Shown piece by piece: positions 25,909 through 40,157 of a stretch of 64,000 bases of DNA. The stretch is from the NCBI GenBank assembly GCA_012295275.1, contig CM022677.1, forward strand, positions 12,028,001 through 12,092,000. Reading direction: 5' to 3'. How positions within the stretch are numbered: the stretch's first letter is position 1; the number at the start of each line of letters is the position of its first letter. The notes below the pieces were generated by a model, which was not told where the DNA came from, searched no databases, and worked only from the letters and a program-made list of their open reading frames with translations. The position numbers and the translations under genes were made by a program. The stretch is from Chrysomallon squamiferum. Taxonomy: Eukaryota; Animalia; Mollusca.

Positions 25909-27814
25909 GTCTATCTATATATATATATATATATGAAATTATGAAAGTACCTTTCTTCTGCACTCAAATTTGTTTTGTCATTCAAATAAACAATTTTCAT
26001 AATGTCTGTCTGTTTCTGACTGAAGGATAACAGCAATACTTTTTTTGTTCTATTTTATTGATTCTATTTAGGGTTTATTTTTAATTTTATTTATTTATTT
26101 ATTAATTTATTTATGTATTTGCCATTGCCAGGAACAGTCACTGAAATAAATGGCTCAAGAATAGAAAAAGTTCAGTATGAAGATGCACAGTCATGGTATT
26201 TCTTTAGATCAATGTTAACGAAGGTAATCTATTATTATTTACTTTAATTTAAAATGTTTTATTTTTATTTTTTATATATATAATTAAAGAAAAATTTATA
26301 TAGTCTTTATTTAATTTAATTTTGAAAGGTATCTCTTTAATGTTTTTAATTCATTTTTAATTGACAAAGTATCTTCTATTTGTGGTCTTGTCTTTAAGTT
26401 TAATTTAAACGTATCTATTTGTATACTTTTTTATTTATATTGTTTTATTTGTTTTCCTGTAAAGAAATTCCATTTTATACTGTTCTATTTTATTTTTCAG
26501 AAGTATTTATTTAAGAATCCATGCAGGTGAATGAGACTATGTCTGCAAACAGTCCATTACAACTGGCTTTCTACACAGGTAGCAGTGAAGTTGTGAAAAT
26601 TCTCTTATCATATAAAGCTGATCCAAATCTGGTTGATGAAGAAGGAGACACTGCTCTTCATTTTGCTGTCTCTCAGTAAGTTAAACTTTACATAACATCA
26701 CTTCAGAGCAAGTTAAACTTTACATAACATCACTTCAGAGTAAGTTAAACTTTACATAACATCACTTCAGAGCAAGTTAAACTTTACATAACATCACTTC
26801 AGAGGAAGTTAAACTTTACATAACATCACTTCAGAGGAAGTTAAACTTTACATAACATCACTTCAGAGGAAGTTAAACTTTACATAACATCACTTCAGAG
26901 TAAGTTAAACTTTACATAACATCACTTCAGAGCAAGTTAAACTTTACATAGCATCACTTCAGAGGAAGTCAAACTTTACACAACATCACTTCAGAGTAAG
27001 TTAAATCTGTACACAACATATCATTTATCTGCTTTATAGTAAGATGAGTATTTATTTAACATTATTTCACACTAAGTTAAATTTCTTTCTTTATATATTA
27101 TCACTGAATCAAGCTGTTTCCTAGTAAATTAAATCTGTATCATTACTTAATATCATTTCATTTCATAATGCAATTTTATTAAGATTTATCTGCATCTTTA
27201 TATCATTTCACAATGCTGTTTTAGTAAATTATATATATTTCTTTATATAACATCATTTCATAATGCAGTTTTATTAAGATATATCTGCATCTTTATATCA
27301 TTTCACAATGCTGTTTTAGTAAATTATATATATTTCTTTATATAACATCATTTCATAATGCAGTTTTATTAAGATATATCTATATATTTATATAACATCA
27401 TTTCTTTATTCTGCCTCATGGTCAGCTATATCTATATCTTTATTAATCATCTCTTTCTCGTGCTGTTTAACAGCAAGATAAAGCTATATTTTTATATAAC
27501 ATGTCACTTCATCATGTGGTTTCACAATATGTTAAATGTGTATCTTTAAATTATCACATCACTATTCTCTTTAAAGCTATAATTATACTTTTATATAACA
27601 CAGATACAAAATTGTGTCATTTCATGATTATTATGTTTTTCAGAGGCCAAGATGAAATTGTGAAAACCCTAACTGATAAAGATGCTGACATGAACAAAAA
27701 GAATAAAAAAGGACTGACACCATGTCACTAAGCAGTGACTGCAGACAATGAAGAAATTGTGAAAATCCTCATTGACAAGGGTTGTGTTGTTAACACACAG
27801 GTTATATGTGTATT

Positions 27815-27905
<91 letters not shown>

Positions 27906-28308
27906 AAATAAAATGACACAGTATGTACAAATAACAACCCAGAAAGCTACCTAAATTTAAAAAATGCCCGTTTCTAATTATTATTCCTGTTTGCAAATTG
28001 TCCTTTGATACATTTATTCTTGTAGCTTTATAATGAAGTTTTAACTTCATATTGCATCTGTTAATTGTCAATTTATTGTGATTTATAAAATTATTTCTTA
28101 ATCATATAATTTTACATATTTATTTTCAAAAGTTGTGCAAACATTGAGTTTGTTCTGACAAAGGGTTAATGATGAAGACATGCCACTCCATGCTATGAAC
28201 AACTACCCATCTGTGAGATGTTGATGAAGGTGAAGAAATTAAATGTGACATTTTCAACAGTGATGGAATGTCTGCTTTTCATGTGGCTGTAATAAATAAT
28301 AAAGAAAA
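23018..28308 (+). pseudogene. Mind bomb (MIB1/MIB2)-like E3 ligase pseudogene
   Basis: Mib_herc2 #1 ~23018-23197 (VGARVVRSPDWAGKGKDGGEDGLGTVV..VIWDIGHEGHYRAGYDGRY). Mib_herc2 #2 ~24590-24701 + 25153-25336 (GILPGASVKRGLHWKWSNQDG; NNYRCGGEGCMDL..YYFPQHLPV; frameshift ~25228). Mib-repeat exons 25680-~25797 (LKPGDKVQMDID) and 26132-26223. Ankyrin exons 26527-26675 (SPLQLA..ADPNLVDEEGDTALHFAV), 27644-27800 (TAA at 27729-27731) and decayed ~28165-28308. Confidence 0.85.
26676..27005. repeat. 32-bp minisatellite (~10 units) starting at the ankyrin exon's splice donor
   Basis: Unit g(t/c/g)aagttaaactttacataacatcacttcaga at 26676, 26708, 26740... Confidence 0.95.
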
Positions 28309-29339
28309 GTATGTATAGCTTTCAGCTTCAAGTCAGTCAGCTGCCTTAATAAGAATTTTTAGAAAGATTTTATTATAATTATTATTATTATTATTATTAT
28401 TATTATTTTAAACATAGCGTTAAGGTGATCTCTATAACGTATCATCATGAAACAAATATTAAACAACTTAGCTAATTAGAATATTAATTGTTCCTGAAAC
28501 AAACCCTTTATAGTCTGTTTATCACATATTGGCTGTACTTGAAGAACATTTTGAGTATGTGAACACTCTTTGCCTTTTATTTTTATTATATCATTGTCTT
28601 TCATGTAATCCTAGGTTTATAACTTGTATATTGTAACCACAACCTGAAACCACATAACTTTAAAGTTGTACAATGATTTCTTAGAAATACAACTGAAAAC
28701 AAGAACATTCTTAAAATGACTAAGAACAGCACCAGCTCCTTCAGTGAGGCATCTTGTTTGTTGTGAGATGTGAAGTGGATGATGGATCCTGGTGGTTGAG
28801 TCATGTTTGATGTCTGCAACTGAGTACGTTGCCACTGACAGTTATTCACTTTGGTCTAGAGTTCATGCAGCTAATAGCTATTGATTTGTTTAATTTTGCT
28901 AGGAACAAAGATTTATCTGTATCTGTAATTCCCTGAGGCTAGAAAAATTTTGAATAATCTTCATAATTAGTAGCACTTGTCATATGCTGCTGCTATTAGA
29001 CTGACTTAACATGGCCAAATTGTGAGGATAAATGTAAAAAGATTTCTGACATTCAGAGAAAACAAAGAAATAGAATGCTAAGGCAAAGACACAATATTCT
29101 AAATCAGTACAGATCTCTCAGGATTCCAAAAATCTTTCAAGAAGCTCATTAGGCTCTCTAGATTTGATCCACTTTTGATGAAGTAGTTGTTAAATATAAT
29201 CCAATGTTTTCAGAAAACTTCCCCCAAAACAGTAATATTATTACTGTCACAAATTCAAGGAAATCAAAAACAGAGTCTCCAAGAGAGTTTTCTTTCTTGT
29301 TAATGAAAATTTTCCCCAGAGTAAAATTGCATAAAATAC

Positions 29340-29450
29340 TAAATTTATTGTCTGTAGTCATAAAACTATGTGTTCAGTTTATTTACCTCCTCACAAACAT
29401 TTCAGTTTTAACCTTAAGGACATTCAAGATCTTGTAGACCAACTCCTATT
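29340..29450 (+). mobile_element. Non-LTR retrotransposon (LINE) endonuclease fragment
   Basis: CSVYLPPHKHFSFNLKDIQDLVDQL resembles the APE-endonuclease segment (xCSxYLPP...LxxLxxQLP) of I/Jockey-type LINE ORF2. Confidence 0.6.
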
Positions 29451-30075
29451 TATTCATAATACAATCAATTCTGTTCAAAGTAATTTGGAACATAGTAGAT
29501 ATCTATTATTGAGTAGAAACTGCTGCAAAGGTAGAATCCTTTTTTCTTTTCTTTTGGTAACTGACGTCACACCATCTTGAACTCAAATTCGTATATATTT
29601 CTCTTTTTTTTCAGATATTATTATCGTTCATGTTGGTCCATGCTAAATACAATTCTTTTATATTTGACTACTGATGATCTAAAATTATATTTGTTTACAT
29701 TGTTGTTGTTATCAAACATAAAGAAGAACGCAGATTACCTCATCTATATTTCAGTATCATTTTGTTTCTAATAATTTATAATTATTATTATTATTATCAT
29801 CGTCAGCATTATTATTATTATTGTTGTTGTTATTTAAATTTAGTATTGATACTACTACTACCACAATACTACTACCAATAATAATAATAATCATCATCAA
29901 CATTTAATTTATCTTTCTTTTTTATTTCAAAATTCTTTTCATTTGGACTGTAATTTGTATTATTTCTTTATCTTGTTACTATTTCAGTAATATTTTATTT
30001 TACAACATTTTATTATCTTTCTATCTTTTTCTATAATTTATTTACTTAATTTATTTGTTTTATGTATTTTAAATA

Positions 30076-30122
<47 letters not shown>

Positions 30123-30682
30123 CTTCTTGTCTTTTATTCTTCTTGTTCCTGCTTATTCCTGTGTTATTCATATTTCTTCATTTGTTTTTATTTGTTTTCA
30201 TTTTTGTGTTTTCATTAAAAATTTATTTGATTGTTTATTTTTTTAACCTATTTACCATGATTATTGTTTCTTGTTATTTTTTCTACATTAGAATTTCTTC
30301 AAAATCTTCTTTTTCTTCTTGACTGTTCCTCTTCTCTGTATTTATTTCAGTTATTTTAATGATAAGCAAGAGTTTTGAAATATACAATTTACTTATTATT
30401 TTTCAGTCTCCCAGTTTCTGTACATACTTCTTATTATTCTTTCTTTTTCTGTTTTCATATTTTAAATTCGTAATTTTTATTTTAATGAATTTTATTGTTT
30501 ATTTATTTATTTTTGTTTATTATAATTTTTTTTTTTTTTTTGTTTTGAACTACTGACCATTCTTATTCTTTTTAATTTTCTTCTTCATTCTTTTTTGTTC
30601 TTATTCTTCATTGCCTAGTTTCTGCATATGTTACCATTATTTGTTATTTATTTATTTTTTTTTCCTTACATTACTTAAGTTA

Positions 30683-31275
30683 ACGTATATACTTGTGTAT
30701 AAGTCTAATTTTTGGGAGACTATATTAAGGTAATATTTTGGGGGCCGACTTATACATAGGTAATGCTTTTGTAGCTGTTGCTGAAGAGTCACCATTTTGA
30801 CTATTTTTTGCTACGGGATGCATCTAAAATAATTGCGGTCTTTCAGCTTTTCAAAAATATAATTTTATCGTATAAAATGTTTTGAAAAATTAAGTAACAA
30901 AACACAAATATGAATGTAAAACATGATATTCTTCCGTTTAATGACATAAAAATACATTTTAAAGAGAAAAAACCGTCAGTATTTGTTATGCCTTACGGCG
31001 TCTTGCAATGATTTAGGCTATAGCTCGTGTAATACATGCATTTACGTTATTATGGTATGTTCATGCAAGTTACAGCTCGTGCAAGTTATGTTACAGTAGG
31101 CGTACAATGTAGGCCTTCATGGCACTGTCACACTGGTCTAAAAATAGTGATGGTGCCTGGAGTCTACAGTCGACTTATACACAAGTAATACCTAATACCT
31201 AATATGACGCAATTTTTGGTCTTAAAATACACATCGACTTATACATAAGGTCGCCTTGTACACAAGTATATACGG
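30683..31275. mobile_element. pogo/Tigger-like MITE
   Basis: TA-acgtatatacttgtgtataagtc ... cttgtacacaagtatatacgg-TA terminal inverted repeats; internal GACTTATACA repeats; no ORF. Confidence 0.8.
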
Positions 31276-31936
31276 TATACTATTTCTTTTAGTTCTTGAG
31301 TTGTCTTTCTTTTATCATTTTAATTTCTTTTGTTTTGTTCTTTTAATTTTGCTCTCCTGCTCATTTTATTTAAAGAATTAGAATTCTTATTTTTTATTAT
31401 AATTGTATGTCTGTATATGTATGTATTTATATTATTATTATTATTGTAATTTTTTTTTTTACAAGCTAGTTATAATTCTTTTTATTATTATATTTTTTCT
31501 TCATGTTTCTTTTTATTCAGTGGGGAGCAGACATTTTTTTTTATGTTTTAATAAAACAAGTGACCTAGTAATATCTCAGAAAATTGATATTTGATACTAG
31601 TGTAGATGTTCTGTCTTCCTTATTCAAAACCTGTTTTCATTGATGATGTCGTATTTCTAGTGTTTGCCGAACAAACCCAAACAATAATGAAGTGTAAACT
31701 TGTATTGTCAATATATTTTGTTTTCTGAAAAGTATTATTATTAGTGATTTTTTTAGAACCAGTATTATTCTGATAACTTGTTTGTTACTATTAGTCTATT
31801 TTAAATAGTTACCAATGATTTGGATAGGTATTTGTATTTATATTCACTTAATGTTTTCTTTTAATTTCAAGGTCTGCCCTCTTTGTTTATATATATATCA
31901 TTTTTTTCTTTCTATTTTTTTATTTTATTTCCACAG

Positions 31937-34732
31937 AACTGAAAAAGAAACGGCAGTTGGCACCAGTATCACCAGTACCACCATTAGACTGAGACAAACT
32001 GACATCACCACACCAACCACTAAAAACTCAAACGCGTGTGCCAAGAAAGATCCAGGCACACTAGAAAAGAAACCACAAACACCACCACCCATTGCCAGAG
32101 GTATTTTGGTAAAAAAATAATGTCTAAGAAAGAAAGGGAACAGAAAATGTTTGATCATGTGATTCAACTGATTAATATTCTTGTGAAACTGGAATTTTTG
32201 TTGAAAGCAGCCAGACTAAGCTCAAATTGCCACAAGCTTTACAACTCAATCACTTAGTCAGATTTAAAAATCTTTGAAAAATATTCAGGTAATTATGTCT
32301 GTAAATATGTCTTAGTCTATCTGTCTGTTTCTCTTTCTGTCTGCCTCCCTATTTATTTATTTTATTTCTATCTCTGCTTTTCTGTTTGTCTGTATTTCTT
32401 TCCTTGAAAATGTTCAGATAAATATGTTTATCTTTCTTACTATGTCTCTACTTACAATATACTTATCTGTTTTTCTGTCTCTATCTTTATATATCATTTT
32501 TATTTGTTCCTAATTATCATGTTTTTAGTTTTCTTTCTTTTTTCTTCCTTTCTTTTCTTTATGTTTTTTAAAAATTATTTTGAAAGTTGTAATATTTTGA
32601 AGTATGACAAAGAAAGAAAATATTATTTTTCTGTAAGTTCTCTTTTGATAGTTCTGAACATAAATAGCTTTAGAATCAGTAATTTAAATAATTTTAAATT
32701 TATTTATAGTTTTAATTTATAAAAATGCTCTTAAAACAAGTTTTAGTAGAAAGTTGATTATTTTTAGTTTATTTATTTTTATTTAATTATAAATCTTTCT
32801 GCCTATCTTGTGTCTATCTATTTGATGTATGTATCTATCTATCATTTATTTATTTTCTTATTATTTTTAATTTATTTAAACTTTAATCATACTGAATTAC
32901 ATAATATTCATGTTAATTATTATCAACCTTTTCATTATTTTATGTAAAATTACAACCTACTGAATAATTTAGTGTGCTGTATTTTCATTATTTTTTTAAC
33001 TAGGTTTTAAATTTATCAGGAAACAGTTCTGGAACTGAGACTTTACGAGCTGTGTGTTTCGCAATGTGTTCTAACACAACAGTGATCTTCCTACAACTAG
33101 TACTGCTTTACTAATACTACAAACTATTACCACTATTACTGCAACTAGTATGATCACCACTAATACTACAACTATTACCATTATTACTACTCTATTATTA
33201 ATATTACAACTATTACTACTCCTGGTACTATTAACACTAATACTACAACTACAAATTCTGCTGCTGCTGTTACTACTACAACTACTACTACTACTACTAC
33301 TACAACTGCTACTGCTACTGCTGCTACTAGTTCTACTACTGGTATTACTACAACTGCTGTTGATATTATTTTTACTGTTAAAACATTATGATTTCTTCTA
33401 CTAACTATATTTTAATAATAACAAGTAACTAAGTGTTAACAATTTGTATTAACAGTTTTTACTGCTAATACACACAACTTGAGTGTTCTGTTGCTAGCAC
33501 TGTATAGTAAAAATGTTGTTGGTACACAGGAATATTTGGATGTGTCAAGTAATTCTTTAGGAAATGATTATTTCTCTCATTGTGTCAGTTCAGCTCTTAA
33601 AGAAAACACAACACTGAAAACTCTCAGTTTTATTCTTATTATTATTTTAATCATGTAATTTTATTAACTTTTCTTTATCTGCCACTATTTTACTTTTCAT
33701 AATAATTTCTCTATAATTTCAGAGCCACTGATATCTACTGTGATATTACATTTATTTATTTATTTATTTATTTATTTATTTTCAGAGCTATGAGTAGGCT
33801 CCACTGATTTGAAACTCCTCTCATCGACTCTAGTAGAGAACACTGGACTCACAGAACTAGATCTGTCTAGTAATGGATTATCTGATAAAACTGCTCTCAC
33901 TAAACACTGGACTCACAGAACTAGATCTGTCTAGTAATGGATTATCTGATAAAACTGCTCTCACTAAACACTGGACTCACAGAACTAGATCTGTCTAGTA
34001 ATGGATTATCTGATAAAACTGCTCTGACTAAACACTGGACTCTCACAACTAGAAAGACAATGACAGAATGACATTACAGAATGATTTGGCCAGAACACTT
34101 TGCAACAAGTGGAAGGTATGAATGTTATAATTAAATATTTTAACTAATTAAATCATTTGTTAGTATTTTAGTATTTCAAGTAGAATCCGTATTGTGTAAT
34201 GTAATACTATAGTTTAAAATGTTTATTTACTTAATATTCTTAAACTGGACTTAAGCACAGTGTAAATAACAAATTGTATCAACTTACAGAATTATTCAAA
34301 TATATTAAAACATATTTTTGTAATCTCTTTTACTGATGTATTGCTATCTTAATCCTTTTATATCAAAGTTAAAAAATAATATTAAACTGATTGAAATTAA
34401 GAATATAAAAATATTTAATAAATAATTTTTATTATTAATATTTTGTGGAAAAAATAAAACTCTTCTTGCTAAGACAGTGAAATGCAGTTAGAGCTGACAA
34501 CAAAAATACTACTTGCACTTTATTTTATGATTAGTTTATTAATGAATATCATATTTTGTTGTAGGATCCTAGACAACAGATTCAAGCTGCCTCAGCCAGC
34601 ACTTCAGTTGAAAATGTTGTAAGATCCATTTTCAGAAAAGGTTCACTAGAGCACCAGAATGCCTTTACATCACAGTCTTCCCTGTCCAGAGAAAGCTCAA
34701 CACTTTCAAGAGAAAATATGTCTGAAATTTAA
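31937..34732 (+). pseudogene. Broken RI-type leucine-rich-repeat gene (3' portion)
   Basis: Exon-like blocks 31937-32288 (Thr-rich, frameshift in A-run, stop), ~33020-33085 (NSSGTETLRAVCFAMCSNTTV), 33530-~33626 (EYLDVSSNSLGNDYFSHCVSSALKENTTLKTL), 33786-34115 (GSTDLKLLSSTLVENTGLTELDLSSNGLSD, disrupted by a 64-bp repeat), terminal 34565-34732 (DPRQQ..ENMSEI*). Linkage of the first block to the LRR exons is inferred. Confidence 0.65.
33839..34045. repeat. 64-bp tandem triplication within an LRR exon
   Basis: aacactggactcacagaactagatctgtctagtaatggattatctgataaaactgctctcacta at 33839, 33903, 33967, partial at 34031. Confidence 0.95.
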
Positions 34733-35501
34733 TTTGAATTTCAAAAACTCAGTGATCTCCAAGAGACTGCATTGTCAATGTGATCAGAACATCCAGTGTA
34801 CACATTGTACTTCATAGCAGCTTGCACTTTTTTAATATTTGTTGTGTTCATAGTTATTCTATTTTTATTGCTGAAAGAGGAATAGAGATTTATCACTGCT
34901 ATGGAATGCCATTTTTCCAAATAAGCTAAACTTAATGTATACATGTGGAAGTATAGGATTGAAAGATGGATGGATGATGAATAAGAGATATAAATGGATG
35001 AAGTAAAAAGGTTAGCCTGGTTAGAGATAGGGAGGGATGATACATTCACATAATATCCAAATAGAATAACTCACTGAATGTGACAAATGCTGGACGAATG
35101 AAAGAATAAATGAATAGAAGCACGTGTAGTTGGATGAGCAGAAATGTGGTTAATTACAGGATGATATATTCATATATAAAATATATTGTGTGACAGCATA
35201 GAGTGTTGTGTGAGTACTTTATAAAATGTCTGTGAAGACAAATCAGTATTTCACATACTCTTACTATTTGTACATTTAACAACCTCTAAATATCACTAAT
35301 TACTCTTTAAAATAAATGACAAATATTTACATTTTAAAAAGTGTAAATATTTAATAAAAAAAAAGATTTAAAAAACATTATAAAATAAATTAAAAGGTAA
35401 TGATAATAAGAACAGAAATATAGTCTATTTTGACAAATAAATATTCAAAGAAAATGGGTATATATGCACAATGTGTGTTCAAGAGTGTGCGTGTATTTCT
35501 G

Positions 35502-35815
35502 AGAGTCAGACATACAGAGAGATGTATATAATGAGAAGGATATATAATTAGTGAAATAGACTGACAGACACAGAGTCAGACATACAGGGAGATGTGTATA
35601 ATGAGAAGAGTATATAATTAGTGAGATAGACTGACAGACACAGAGCCAGACATACAGAGAGATATGTATAATGAGAAGAGTATATAATTAGTGAGATAGA
35701 TTGACAGACACAGTCAGACATACAGAGAGATGTGTATAATGAGAAGGATATATAATTAGTGAGATAGACTGACAGACACAGAGCCAGACATACAGAGAGA
35801 TGTGTATATAATTAT
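35502..35815. repeat. ~70-bp tandem repeat (~4.5 units)
   Basis: agagtcagacatacagagagatgtatataatgagaaggatatataattagtgagatagactgacagacac at 35502, 35572, 35642... Confidence 0.9.
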
Positions 35816-36506
35816 ACAGACAGATACAGAGATATATAGAGAGCTAAGCTGATAGGCATATGTTTATGTGTAATAAAGTGTTAGTAAGTTCATGTGTTAG
35901 AGAGTGAGGATGGGTTTTTGTACATGAGTAAGTGGATTACAGTGCTTATATTGGTATATGTATATTTTATAGATAGATGACTGAAGATAGATAGACATAC
36001 TGGCAGGCAAGTAAATTCATTGGTAGAGAGACACAATAAGGACATTTTGGAGATAACATTAGTATGAATGAACATAGGGATAGAGCAGTGGACAGAAAGC
36101 TGTTTGTTTGGATTATCAATGACATATTAATAGTAAAATAATTCCTATAAGCTAAGAATACTAAATATAGTTTTCAATATACTCAGTCTTTCAATGTAAT
36201 TTCTTTTTACCATTCTGTATATCAAAATATTAAAAATATTTCGGTATCCATGCAGCCATCATTTATTCCTAAATTTACTGTCATTTTTAAATACATTTTT
36301 TTTAAATCTAGTTTCAAAGTCCAGTAAAAATCTCTTTCTATAATCCTGCCTGTCTACATCAGAATCTCTCAGTTATACATTTGTACATATTTCTATCATC
36401 CTTTCTCTCTCAACATAACACAGCACACCATCCTGTACACATCTCATTGTCAGTTCTGTTTATCTATCCATCAGTTTATTCATCTCTACATCTATATGTG
36501 CCTGCT

Positions 36507-36546
<40 letters not shown>

Positions 36547-36640
36547 TTTGTCTCTACCTGCTCTCCGAGTTTCAATATTTCAATCTATGTCGCTCTGTCT
36601 GATTGTCTATCTATATAATGCTTCTATGTATATGCCTGTC

Positions 36641-36724
<84 letters not shown>

Positions 36725-36774
36725 CTCAATCTCTATCTCTCACACAAACACACACACACACTCACACACAAACT

Positions 36775-39080
36775 ACATACAACCTCTAAGATACTAGACA
36801 CAATTCACAGACTCTTTGACAGCATAGTACGTGCCACAGCCCTTAAGATACTAGACACAATTCACTGGCTTGTACAGACTCTTTGACAGGATAGTACGTA
36901 CCACTGCCTTTAACATACTAGACACAATTCACTGGCTTGTACAGACTATTTGATACGATAGTACAAACCACTGCCTCTAAAATACCAGACAAAATTCAAT
37001 GGCTTGTACAGTCTCGTTGACAGGATAGCACATACCAGAGTATCTAATATATTAAGCATCATACACTACACTAGATGAAAAGATATCGTTACTACAGGGT
37101 AGCTCATACCACATAAACTAATATTACTAGATATAGTGCTGTGAATGAAACAAATTGAGTCTCTGACAGGCACGACAAACCACAGCCTCTAACATACTAG
37201 ACACAATTCACTGGCTTGTACAGACTCTTTGACAGGATAGTACATACCACAGCCTCTAACATACTTGACACAATTCACTGGCTTCTACAGACTTTCTCAG
37301 GATAGTACATATAACAGCCTCTAACATACTAGACACAATTCACTGGCTTGTACAGACTCTTTGACAGGATAGTACATACCACAGCCTCTAACATACTAGG
37401 CACAATTCAGTGGTTTGTACAGACTCTTTAACAGGATAGCACATACAACAGCCTCTAACATACTACACTCAATTCACTGTCTTGTACCCTCTTTGACAGG
37501 ATAGTACATACCACAGCCTCTAACATACTAGACAAAATTCACTAGCTTGTACAGACTCTTTGACAGGATACTACATACACAGCCTTTAACATACAATATA
37601 CAATTCACAGGCTTGTTCAGACTCTGATAGGATAGTACGTGCCACAGCCCTTAAGATACTAGACACAATTCACTGGCTTCTACAGACGCTTTGACAGGAT
37701 AGTACATACCACAGCCTCTAACATACTAGACAAAATGCACTGGTTTGTACACTCTTTGCCAGGATAGTACATATCAAAACCTCTGACATACTAGACACAA
37801 TTCTCTGGCTTGTACAGACTCTTTGACAGGATAGTACATACCACAGCCTCTAACATACTAGACAAAATTCACTAGCTTGTACAGACTCTTTGACAGGATA
37901 CTACATACCACAGCCTTTAACATACTAGACACAATTCACTGGCTTGTTCAGACTCTGACAGCATAGTACGTGCCACAGCCCTTAAGATACTAGACACAAT
38001 TCACTGGCTTGTACAGAATCTTTGACAGGATAGTAAAAACAACAGCCTCTAACATACTAGACACAATTCACTGGCTTGTACAGACACTTTGACAGGATAG
38101 TACATAAAACAGCCTAGAACATACTACACACAATTCACTGGATTCTACAGACTCTTTGACAGGATAGTACATGTGATGCCTCTAACATACTGGACACAAT
38201 TCTCTGGCTTCTACAGCCTCTTTGAAAGGATAGTACATATCACAGCCTCTAACATACTAGACACAATTTACTGGCTTGTACAGACTCTTTGACATAATAT
38301 TACATATAACAGCCTCTAACATACTAGACAAAATTCACTAGCTTGTACAGACTCTTTGACAGGATACTACATACCACAGCCTTTAACATACAATACACAA
38401 TTCACTGGCTTGTTCAGACTCTGACAGGATAGTACGTGCCACAGCCCTTAAGATACAAGACACAATTCACTGGCTTGTACAGACGCTTTGACAGGATAGA
38501 ACATAAAACAGCCTCAAACATACTACACACAATTCACTGGATTCTACAGACTCTTTGACAGGATAGTACATGTGATGCCTCTAACATACTAGACACAATT
38601 CTCTGGCTTCTACAGCCTCTTTCACAGGATAGTACATATCACAGCCTCTAACATACTGGACACAATTTACTGGTTTGTACCGACTCTTTGACATAATATT
38701 ACATATAACAGCCTCTAACATACTAGACACAATTCAGTGGCTTGTACAGAGTCTTTGACAGGATAGTACATACCACAGCCTCTAACATACTAGACACAAT
38801 TCAGTGGCTTGTACAGAGTCTTTGACAGGATAGTACATACCACAGCCTCTAACATACTAGACACAATTCAGTGGCTTGTACAGAGTCTTTGACAGGATAG
38901 TACATACCACTGCCTCTAACATACTAGACGCAATTTACTGGCTTGTACAGACTCTTTGACATAATCTTACATATAACAGCCTATAACATACTAGACACAA
39001 TTCACTGGCTTGTACAGAGTCTTTGACATAATAGTACATACAACAACCACTAACATAATACACACTGGCTTGTACAGCCT
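36775..39080. repeat. 67-bp satellite array (~34 units)
   Basis: Consensus cacagcctctaacatactagacacaattcactggcttgtacagactctttgacaggatagtacatac (37181 to 37248). Confidence 0.97.
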
Positions 39081-39868
39081 CTTCTTAGTGATTTCTTTGT
39101 TGTTTGTAAAAAAAAAGAAAAATAAATAAAAATATCTTGAAAGTATTTTTTCATCTCTTCTTTCTTTCTTGCTTAATTCCGCAGTATTTTTCAAAGATGC
39201 CTGTTTGTGTAAATGATTAGTCTCGTTCAAAAAACAATGATTACGTCTTCTTGTCGCTTGAAAATGCAAATGCTACACTGTCTTAGGTAAAAGATACAAC
39301 GGCAAACCGATATAAATATGCTTGCTGTATTGTAACAGCTGTTATAATAGCTAAATTCTCTGTTCTGGAGATGAAAATTAAAGATCGTTTTAACTGTAAA
39401 TGTTTAACTTTAAATATTTTTAAGGGTGTTTAATTAATTAATTAATTTATCAAAAAATAAAACCCCAAAATAATCAAAGATGATGTATGTGAATATTTAT
39501 AATATTATTATTTTTTTAAATTGTTCTTTTTTCATAGGTCTGTAATTTAACCTCAAGTAGTTCAAGTTTTTAGTTTTAGTGAAACATTTCACCATTATTT
39601 CAACAAAGAGGGAAACGTCAAACCAGTATACACGTGTTTGATCAAAGTATTAACACTGGCTACTTATTTCAGCCAAACGTCGACAAGTCTGTTTTGATAT
39701 CTACCCCAAATTCTTATCATCACTAGTCAGTAATGGTTTACACTGCTTGTAATAACTTAAATCATATATATATATATATATATATTAGCAGTCCATTGTA
39801 GATGTAAATTGTCATCAAGTATCTGTTGTGTTAAAAATGACGTCAACAAACAAGTATATTAGAAACTG

Positions 39869-40157
<289 letters not shown>

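Noticed and set aside
33150-33404. Leu-rich hydrophobic ORF
   Set aside because: Degenerate (CTA/CTG)n intronic repeat.
36775-39080. Regular array as CRISPR
   Set aside because: Head-to-tail monomers with no unique spacers, eukaryotic context, no cas genes.
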